Source: Eledone cirrhosa (Eukaryota). From it: a stretch of 64,000 nt of DNA. The position numbers were made by a program, and so were the translations under genes. Every line of letters begins with the position of its first letter. The first letter of the stretch is position 1. Shown piece after piece: positions 54,346 through 64,000 of this stretch. The stretch is from NCBI GenBank assembly GCA_964016885.1, contig OZ024745.1:17298001-17362000 (forward strand), written 5' to 3'. The notes beneath the pieces were generated by a model that saw only the letters and a list, made by a program, of their open reading frames with translations, did no database searches and was not told the DNA's origin.

Positions 54346-54600
54346 CCCGTGGTTTAGTGGTTAGAGCGTCGGATACTGAATCCTGAGCAAGACACTTCAT
54401 TTCACGCTGATAATGTTCACTCAGCTATAGAGTGATACCGTGCTTTGCCATTGCATAGGACAACATTGGCGGCGTATAGAGAGGAGTATTTACTACAAGA
54501 GCGACTACACCATATCTACCTTATCCCATTGTCCTGTTGTTTGCATCGGTGGGGAACTTTCTAGGTGGGATCCGATGGTCGTTCATGACCGAAGGAGAAT
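54346..54600 (+). mobile_element. Degenerate SINE (second family)
   Basis: A-box-like GTGGTTTAGTGGTTAGAG followed by CORE-like TCCTGAGCAAGACACTT. Confidence 0.55.
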
Positions 54601-56749
54601 GTTTAACGCAAACTATCTATGGAACGATGGAAAATACATAGGGATATACGAAACAGTTTATGTTCTACATTCGCCTCATAAGGGAAGCGCCTGCCATAAT
54701 GGAAACAAATAAACATACAACTAGAGAAATATTAAATCATATAATATAGTGAAGTTACAAATGTAGCAAGAGATTTAGACGCACAAAACAATCTCTAAAA
54801 AATACATATTGTGAGCAAATAGCCAGAGAATGACATATAATCGGTTACTACAAATATAGAAACACACAAAACAAAAAGATTTGTTACAAAGGTATAGTGT
54901 CGTATTTTGTGGTATATTGGATTATATTTAAGCCACCTGTATGTAAGTGATGCATATATTTTGGACAGCGGAATACTTAAATGTAAAGTTACCATCAGTA
55001 TTATTTCACATTATTTAATATCGTTTAATAGTACCGTAAGGAATTTCTCCATGTTTTAATGATTCTGCAACAAATTTTATGAAGGAAACAATCATTCGAT
55101 ATTCACAATAGCGGATTTGTGTACATGGGTAAGTGATTCTGATTCTAAGATATGTTTCGTAGGTGATCTCAGTTATCTGACTTCGAACATTGAGTGTAAT
55201 ATTTCATCGCCATCCTAATATAATAGTGTCCATAGTACTATTTAGATCACTCATCCATTCACTGATATTTCCGATATCATAATTCCTATGTCTATTAGGA
55301 GTAAGATACACATATTGAACAAAACATCAATCACAACTCGCAATCGTGATATTTAATTTTATCAAGTAACATTTACAACGCATATACAGAATAAGAATTG
55401 TGTTCATCTAAATTGAAGCATATTCTAAAACACATACAAACATAGAAACTCTCCCACACGCATAATGTTAGTTACCAGGCGTCGCAATAGAAGAAGCCAA
55501 GAAATGGCTATATTTACTTTGTCTACGAAACATAATATTCTGTAAAATGGATCATTTCATAATTAAACTATATGCGAATCCAACGCAAATGAAATTATCT
55601 TATGACTATAGAAGTGCTGTTGATTTGGCTTCATTACTCCACTATTGGGATTAAGCTGTGATTGGTTCGCAAATCATGGTAAATAAATAGCAGACTTGCA
55701 AAGGCGTATTCGTATGTTGTCACTTAATACTATATGAATTATATTATCAATATTGGGAATAATGTACGTTAATTGGAAAAAGAGTGTGATATGTTCATAA
55801 AAATCGAGGCAAGCATTAATGTTCTAATCATAATCTGAAAGTCTTAGAATATGGAAAGCAGCAAATGGAAATATGTTATTAAATTATGTCTATGCATCCT
55901 TTCAAAATATAATCAAGGATTCAGTAAAAATAATACGATTAAAAAATATGAACAAGATTAAAAAGATAAAGGAGTAGAAGGAGAAATAGTAGAAATAATG
56001 ATGTTAATGGTTAGGAGTGCAGGGATGTGGTAATATGGATAAAACGATATATTAGGAATCTTGTTAATGACTTAAAAATAGATTCCATGAAATGTATGAA
56101 TAAGCCTATAGACATATACAAATATTAGAAAACTTATTTTCACATTGAGCTACTAACATCAGTTTGTGGTTCGTGTTTACGACTACGTACATGGATCGAT
56201 TGAAACAACTACGTTCTTCCATGAAAATGTACTGTAACATATCAATCATTGTAATAACAAGAGATGTGCTAATATTAGTATGAGAATGGCTTGAATTTTG
56301 ATGTTAATTGAACATTCTCCGTAAAGGTGGCTATAGAATTGACCTATCAATCTGATGTTAGTGTAAATACAGGTTTTAGGCTGTCGGATTAAATGGTGGT
56401 CTATGTTCCGGTCTTCTGTGACCTGAGTTTAGATTTCGTTGTGGACGACGTTGTATGTTCCATACTTTTAGTTTGATGCCTAAAGAATTAATATATGAGT
56501 TGGCATATTGTCTAAATGGCGGAAGAGTAGGTTGGAATGTTCTCCCATATTTTTTCTGGCCCTCTGTGCTCTAAGTTCAGAGTCTTTCCATCGGAAAAAA
56601 AACTTTATTATTTCCAAACAAAGGAGTTGATATTTATAAAATGGAAAGAAGGGAGACGAATATAATTAATTGACATCCTTTCAATCGTATGACAGCGAAC
56701 TAGGAATCATTCAGGAAATGTCACATATCCCCACTTAATCTCATTATAT

Positions 56750-56935
56750 TGTTTCTACTTTAGGCACAAGGCCAGCAATTATCCAGTGCGTTACTGGTAC
56801 TTTATTTTATCGACCCCGTAAGGATGAAATGCAAAGTCAACCTCGGCGGGATTTGAACTCAGATCGTAAAGCGACGTAACTATGCTGGAAAGCATGGCGT
56901 CCGACCCTCTACCGTTACTGCCAATCCACCGCCCT
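56750..56935 (-). mobile_element. tRNA-derived SINE
   Basis: Same family as 40206. TSD-like ATTATATTG on both sides. Confidence 0.88.
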
Positions 56936-57341
56936 TTATTATATTGATATATAATCGTTGATATGTAATCAATTGTATTAGCTACTTATCTGCTATGGCA
57001 TGACCCATATTAAGGCCGACTGGAAAGAAGACGATCATAATTTCAACACAAGCAAGAAGGTCAAATGCTTTATTCTCAAGGATTCTTAACTTACGTCTTG
57101 AACATAGATAGTTTCCGAAATACATCGTGATTAATAAGTGTTATCAATGAACATAATCTGTTTTCTATCCTGTTTTAGCTTCTCCTCTACATTTTACTTC
57201 ATCTAACCTCTCTACTTCCTCATCCAATATTTTACCTCAATATTTTCAAACCCATCTGCACTTTAGAAACTTCCAAAGCACACTTACTTGACGCCACATT
57301 CAAATAACCCCTCCCCTACACGCCTCTACATTAACACACAC

Positions 57342-57374
<33 letters not shown>

Positions 57375-60013
57375 TGTATGTGTGTACACGTTATAGATGC
57401 AAATTTAACCCAGGGAGGTTTAAATTATAAACATTGAAAGAGTAATTAAACTTTTTGATTCCAATCTAATTAAATCATTTTTTATTCATATAAACATCCT
57501 CCCTTGTAATTTTAATTGTGTTTCTTTGGTTGTACTCCAAATACCAATTTAATAATGAGAAAATTATCTCCACATTATTATGAAACGTATTTAATTAACA
57601 GAGAATTTCATTAGAAATATGGTAATGGAATGGTAAAATGTATCGAAATACATCTACAATAGCACTCTATCATGTTTCCAACAAGAGAATTTAAATAGTA
57701 GCTCTACCTGCTAGAAATAGGTGTGAAATTACATTCCACTATCACCAATGCCTAAACGACAAATTATATAAGGCATTTGTGGTTACAGTGACTCAAATAG
57801 AAATACGAGTTTACTATGGTTAGATTATCTTTTTATCATACACTTCAACAATTTGTGCTGAAATGATTTAACAAACAGCAATAAGAAACACTCAGTGATG
57901 ATTATAATGATAGTCTGAATAGTGAGATCCAATACACTGATATTCAATGGAAACTATATTGGTGAAAATGATTACATGATTGACATTCATGCTGAGGTAG
58001 GTAAATAAATGAAAATAAAATAGCGATGTTCACACCCAATAGTGATCTTACTCAGAGGTTGGTTTGTGAAGTCATACAGGAAGATTTCGGTGAATATAGT
58101 TGTAGTTGAAACAGAGATATTCAGGTGAGGTGGCCGGCAAAAAGAGGGAATAATGAAATAATAATCAACTATATATGTTACATTAAAATATATTCGTGCA
58201 CACATATTTTAGCTCAAATCTCACTAGATACGCATAAAATAAAATTCGCTTAGAACAGTTAAAATATGTTTCATAATGTTTCTTCTTCGATCGATATATC
58301 GAACTCGTTCTCTACTTCCAAAGACCTTTGACCGCGATGTTAAACAATAAATCAATGTCCATTTCATCAAGGAAAAAATGAATACTGTTCTTTTCTTGAA
58401 ACTGCATTCTAAGTTCTTGGTTTCGGAGAGTCATAAATAATTATTTAGATAACCATAAGAAACGATATATATTAAATACTTACAAAGCGTGAAGAGAAAT
58501 CTGACATTTGAACTAATAAGAAAAATATGGAGATTTTATCTATACTACAAGATATTCAAAATGAAGTCTATTGTAAGAAATAATAGAAAACCAATACTAA
58601 TTGTACAAAAATTCCCTTATCAATATCATATATGTCATATAGATTTAGGTAAATCCTTTAAAGAAATCTTCAACTTTATGATATTGTATTCCAGAGAAAT
58701 ACAATGTAGACACGAATCTTTCTGTTTGATACAATTATGTACCTTGCATTTCAAATCTACTTTTGTATCTTTTGACGAGAAACCAATTTTACAGAAAATC
58801 TACATTGTCATATACCTAGAGATGCGCAGTGGCTGTTTCAGATTTTTGTTTAGGAAAGTATATATATTGAACAATACATGTATAGTAAAGGACATTCAAA
58901 TTCATATAACTAAAGGTTTCGTACAACATTTTAATAAATATAGCATTAAAGTTCATCCAAAATAAGAAAGACATCCTATATGTTTAAGGTAGCTTACAGC
59001 ATTTTTATATGATAAAAACCGCGTGAAAACACGATTATCTGTTGAAAATTTATATAGTGGTTCACGTAGATGATGGTAGCGCTGATTATGTATGAAGCAA
59101 ATTACTACTATATAAAGTATTGCGGAAACTACAAAAGAGGAAAGAAATACCTTCGATGAATCATAGATAAAAATCTGTGAGGTGACAGAGCGTGGGATTC
59201 TACAGAAATGCAATTTACAAGATTCAGTAGGTGAAATTACAAAGCTATAATGCTGAAAGTGGCCAAAGCTACACTGAATTCATCTGAGGAGACAAAGATA
59301 AATGGAAGGGTGACAGGCTGTCACGTTGTTATTATCTAACACCTTTCCAAGCTGATAGATGGACATTTCCAGAACGCATTTCAGTGAATGAGCCTTTACG
59401 TATACATACGTTTGTAACTGTTTATTGCCTCATGCAATCTCCGATATTTAAATTAATGTTCAAGGATGATTGCATGATAGAAATGCGAAATACCATGCTG
59501 GTGATATGACGTTATTTCAATTTACGATCTGAGATCAAATTCAGATGGATTCGATAACAATAATTTCCATTTGTTGATGTAACGTCGAAATATTGCAAGT
59601 TGAAATAGTAAGGTAGTGTTATCACGGGACAAAAATGTAACATTTCTAAGTAAATATATATATACACGTAGTGATTAATGAAACCGACGCCCTATATATC
59701 AAAACAAATATTGAATACTATATATAATGAAAGACGTACTATATATCATTAAGAAACATGTGGTGAATAATTTACATATTGAGCAATTCAAATGTTTGTG
59801 TGAATGTCGTTAGAAGGTGACATTATTTGACGCAACACGCCAAGAAAAGATTAATATTTGAAGGTGTTAATTGCCATTAAAATATATTTGAAGGTTTACA
59901 TGCGATAGGAATTTGATGGTTTGCTAGAAATACAATTGTTTCATAAATATATGACAATAATTTCATACCTCATACATATACATATATATATATATATATA
60001 TAAATATACATAT

Positions 60014-60086
<73 letters not shown>

Positions 60087-60129
60087 CATTTTACTGTGTT
60101 GGCCGTCAGATAGTGACAGCCGGCACGGA

Positions 60130-60995
60130 CTGAAGTCGAATGCTGTCGATCGGTTGGTTATTGATTAGAGGAAACTCGCTGATGAAAGCACATGCGCCGA
60201 TTGTGCATTGTTGATTTATATATATAAGGACTGAGGGTGCTGTGCACTCTATTTTTGCATTAAGTGTAGCCGAATAAGATGCATCATTGCTCATGTCTAT
60301 CCTCAGGTCTTGTATCGATTTCGACATGAGGATTTCGATCCCTCCAGGTCCAGTGTACCTGAGCCGTATTGTCTTTGTGTTTGTAGGTTGGTATTATTGC
60401 GCTTGACATTCTCCAGCTTTAAATTGTATGTTGTTGTCCACTGCCCATTTGTATATTGCATCCAGATCTTGTTGTAAAAGGACAGCATCAGCCGGGTTTG
60501 TGATTGCCTGTCCTACCTTTGTGTCATAAGCATAGCTAGTGAGGTATGGTGTATGTACTACAGAGGGCATGTCTCAGAGATCCACCAGAAACAGTAGTGG
60601 CTAAAGCCTGTGTCCTGGGCACTCCTCTCGTTTGAGAAGCTCCCATTGGCTGCAGGTGTCTGGTTTCTGTATTTTAAGTAAATATGCAGCCACTCACCTA
60701 CGTTTCCAGTTATGTCTGTTTAGTTTGTGAGATATCATTCTGTGTTCGTTCGACCTTGTCAAAGGCCTTCGCAAAGTCAAGGTATATCTCGTCCACATGT
60801 GCGCTATCCAGCAGTTGTTTCAGTACCCAGTCATAGTGTTGTAAGAGCTGTTTAGAGCAGCTTATTTCAGGGCGAAAATGCTGCTGCTTGCTAGTTAAGC
60901 GGTCATTTTCCTCGAGGCATGTGATTAGTTTATTTCTGATGATTCGTTCCATGACCTTACTGATATGTGACGTCAGGGAAACTGGCCTGTAGATT
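60130..60995 (-). mobile_element. CR1-group LINE RT fragment
   Basis: YRPVSLTSHISKVMERII..QLL..IYLDFAKAFDKV, with decayed GVP/PLLF and YADDTK regions. Confidence 0.8.
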
Positions 60996-61037
60996 TGCCG
61001 CTAGCCAAAAAACTTCTGAAGGGATCTTCAGTGGTCC

Positions 61038-61099
<62 letters not shown>

Positions 61100-61159
61100 A
61101 TAATATTAAATTTGAAGACTAAAATCCAAAGGGGGCTCGATAAGGATAAATATATATCA

Positions 61160-61729
61160 AATATATGAGAACCGTAGAGCAAATATTTATTAAAATAACA
61201 GATTAAAGTTTAAGCAAAGAATCGCTGCTTTCACCCTTAACGGGATCTTCTGAAACTAACAAAGTCAATCTGTAAACGCAGAAGTGGATATTTCAAAGAA
61301 CGTTGCAACCGGAGGAAGACAGGATGACGATACTTTGGTTCGTGGAAACGTTCGCTGGCTAAGAACGGGAAAAGACGAATATAATACGTCATTAATAGGA
61401 GCGGTGAAAAAAAAATCGCCAGAGAACGTCTCTATGCACCACCTAAGAGAACTTTAGTCTGCGACCTCTATTATACTATAAACGTGGTTCTGTCTTTGCG
61501 CGTAATTGTTTTTCACCGCTCCTATTAATGACGTATTATATTCATTTTTTCCCGTTCTTAGCCAGCGAACGTTTCCACGAACCAAAGTATCGTCATCCTG
61601 TCTTCCTCCGGTTGCAACGTTCTTCGAAATATCCACTTCTGCGTTTACAGATTGACTTTGTTAGTTTCAGAAGATCCCGTTAAGGGTGAAAGCAGCGATT
61701 CTTTGCTTAAACTTTAATCTGTTATTTTA

Positions 61730-61735
<6 letters not shown>
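61160..61735. mobile_element. Fold-back pLTR-like fragment (family of 35683-36330)
   Basis: About 230-bp inverted arms 61183-61410 / 61509-61735 between (TA)n tracts. Confidence 0.8.
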
Positions 61736-61813
<78 letters not shown>

Positions 61814-62101
61814 CTTAAAACCATGAGATCTGACGAAGGTGACGATATCTGAGTTCAGTTGTCATGTACATAGCGTTTTTTTTCTTACTTCCAGTAAGTT
61901 ATATTCGCCAACACACTTATCCTTGTTATCCTCCTCTTAATCTTCTCTATATTTCATTATCCTGTCACCGACGTTGCAGATTGTCACTCTACTGACCACT
62001 AGTCACAGCTTTTGGCTGCTTTAACGGCTGTTCTAGCACTGAGGTTTCTCACTCTTCTCTGAATATGTGAATATGTGGATATATGCATCATATACAGTAT
62101 A

Positions 62102-62142
<41 letters not shown>

Positions 62143-62147
<5 letters not shown>

Positions 62148-62948
62148 GACGTAAATTAAGAAAATTATAAAAATTAACTTACTTACTAAAATTTCACTCC
62201 AACTAATTAGTTACTGAATGGAATAAACATGGTTTTCGAAGGAACTCATGGAGAAAGCCTTTCGTCATCAGGAAGGCTATTCTATAATTTTCTTATTTTA
62301 CGTCTTTCATATAATTGTTCTGCATCCCCTTGCATTGAACCACAAAGTTACTGAGACAAAACCTATATATGTGCTAGCATAGGTATGCATCTGTATATAT
62401 ATGTTGGTAGATATACTAATTGTTTATAATTATCTCCAAATTATTTTATTCAGCAAACATTTTCCAAAACTACTATTATAGTTCATAGTAATGGTTCGGC
62501 TGCTGTCTTCTTAACACCCCACTCCTCACTGATTGACCTCGATGTCACGTGATTGATTCTTTTGAATTTGCCACCGACCAAGTAGGCATTGATTTTTTTC
62601 AATGTCTTGGAACTTAGTCCACGCTTTGCTTTTTTCCATCCACTGAATTATTGTTGTATAAGTTCCCTGTGTCCACGCATAGCCTGGGAGCTTAGCTGAG
62701 AATAGACTTCCCTGATGACGAAAGGCTTTATCCATGAGTTCCTTCGGAAACCATGTTTATTCCCTTTCAGAAACTAATTAGATGGAGTGAAATTTTAGTA
62801 AGTTAATTTTTATAATTTTCTTATTTTACGTCTTTCATATAATTGTTCTGCATTCCCTTGCATTGAACCACAAAGTTACTAAGACAAAACTATATATTTG
62901 CTAGCATAGGTATGCATCTGTATATATATGTTGGTAGATATACTAATT

Positions 62949-62950
<2 letters not shown>
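62143..62950. mobile_element. Inverted plus partial-tandem pLTR with hammerheads 62197-62275 (-) and 62708-62787 (+)
   Basis: Diverged relative of 42244-43440. Confidence 0.82.
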
Positions 62951-62982
<32 letters not shown>

Positions 62983-63146
62983 GTAACGAAGGAAATGTGG
63001 TACGGAACCATTTGGACCATGACGCATCAAAGTACTCAATACTTAGGGTAGTAGAGTGGGTAATAGGAACGAGTACGACCCCGACGGCTGAGTCCAGAAT
63101 TAGCCGTCGAAACGGCTTGAGCTCAGCCGTCGGGGTCCTACTCGTT

Positions 63147-63150
<4 letters not shown>
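62983..63150. mobile_element. Fold-back PLE5 pLTR fragment
   Basis: Matches 7759-7960 in reverse arrangement. Confidence 0.82.
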
Positions 63151-63204
<54 letters not shown>

Positions 63205-63207
<3 letters not shown>

Positions 63208-63345
63208 TGGCTGCCAACTCGTTTTCGAGTACGGCCACTGCTTTATATCCATGTAGGAGAACCCCCACCGATGCGCTGAACGAGTGTGACTTTTTAGTCC
63301 AGCCAGCGACTTAAAAGCTCTGGTACAAACATTACACTTGTGACA
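63205..63345 (-). mobile_element. RTE LINE extreme 3' end
   Basis: C-terminal zinc knuckle HKCNVCTRAFKSLAGLKSHTRSAH and a short 3' UTR. Confidence 0.65.
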
Positions 63346-63632
63346 ATTATTGACACATAGTGCTGCGCCCATGGTACCATGTGATGACAAGTGCAGAGAG
63401 ATCTCCAGATATAAAGCAATGCCTGTGCCGTGAAGCTTTTATAGTGAGCAGAGGCACTGCACAAAGCCAGTCCCACTCTCTTAACCAAGATGATATTTAC
63501 CAAAAAGAAGAACAAGTCAACATCATTGGATACCATCAGGGTTGCAGGTGTTATATCAGAGTTTTCCTTCTCCTAGAATTCTGCCTTGACAAAGGCTAAG
63601 GGATCATATATATATACATACACACACACACC

Positions 63633-63675
<43 letters not shown>

Positions 63676-63692
63676 ATATACATACATATAAA

Positions 63693-63743
<51 letters not shown>

Positions 63744-63745
63744 AT

Positions 63746-63777
<32 letters not shown>

Positions 63778-63830
63778 ATATAAAACGAAAAATCAGTTAT
63801 GCATCTGACTCAATTTATTGTGTGTTACAG

Positions 63831-64000
63831 CTGCTTCGCCGGTGGATATGATCATGGTGTGGATCTGTCTGATTCTGGACACGCAGGTTCGACGGACACG
63901 TCTATTGATGTCAGAGCAAATTCTTTCACTGGTGTATTACCGTCAAAAACTTCATCCACTTCGTGTTATTGGCCGCTGGTTGTCTACGTCATCATAATTC
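63831..64000 (+). other. Possible host exon (unidentified)
   Basis: CTGAC branch-like motif and TTACAG acceptor followed by GC-richer sequence. One frame is open to the window end. Confidence 0.25.

Noticed and set aside
58489-58965. 158-aa ORF
   Set aside because: GTG start, AT-rich random-like composition, no motif.
61828-61860. CTGACGAAG hammerhead-like start
   Set aside because: No GAAA or stem III downstream.

Overview
Eukaryotic, AT-rich, microsatellite-dense DNA with no confident host gene. The SINE type and the (TA)n/(CA)n load resemble an octopus or other cephalopod genome (inference). The window is dominated by Penelope-like retroelements (PLEs: RT plus GIY-YIG endonuclease). Five distinct PLE copies or families are present (1-4510, 20540-30750, 31660-34722, 45063-46945, 49590-53002). 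There are also about 20 short fold-back pLTR fragments, most sitting in (TA)n tracts and many carrying type I hammerhead ribozymes (HHRs) read by eye, including non-canonical cores. The most striking feature is a 6.46-kb array (11328-17790) of apparently identical 467-bp non-coding monomers. Each monomer has a complete HHR, extensive predicted base-pairing and an octamer motif. The array flips orientation at 14373/14374 and is embedded in (TA)n, which fits a retrozyme/circular RNA copied by a PLE RT. A second highlight is a U_UUU_UUA slippery site linking an upstream ORF to the RT frame by -1 in two diverged PLE families. Also present: a non-coding LTR element, tRNA-derived SINEs, RTE and CR1 LINE fragments, and a deleted mariner. 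All structures and alignments were done by eye; no searches were run.
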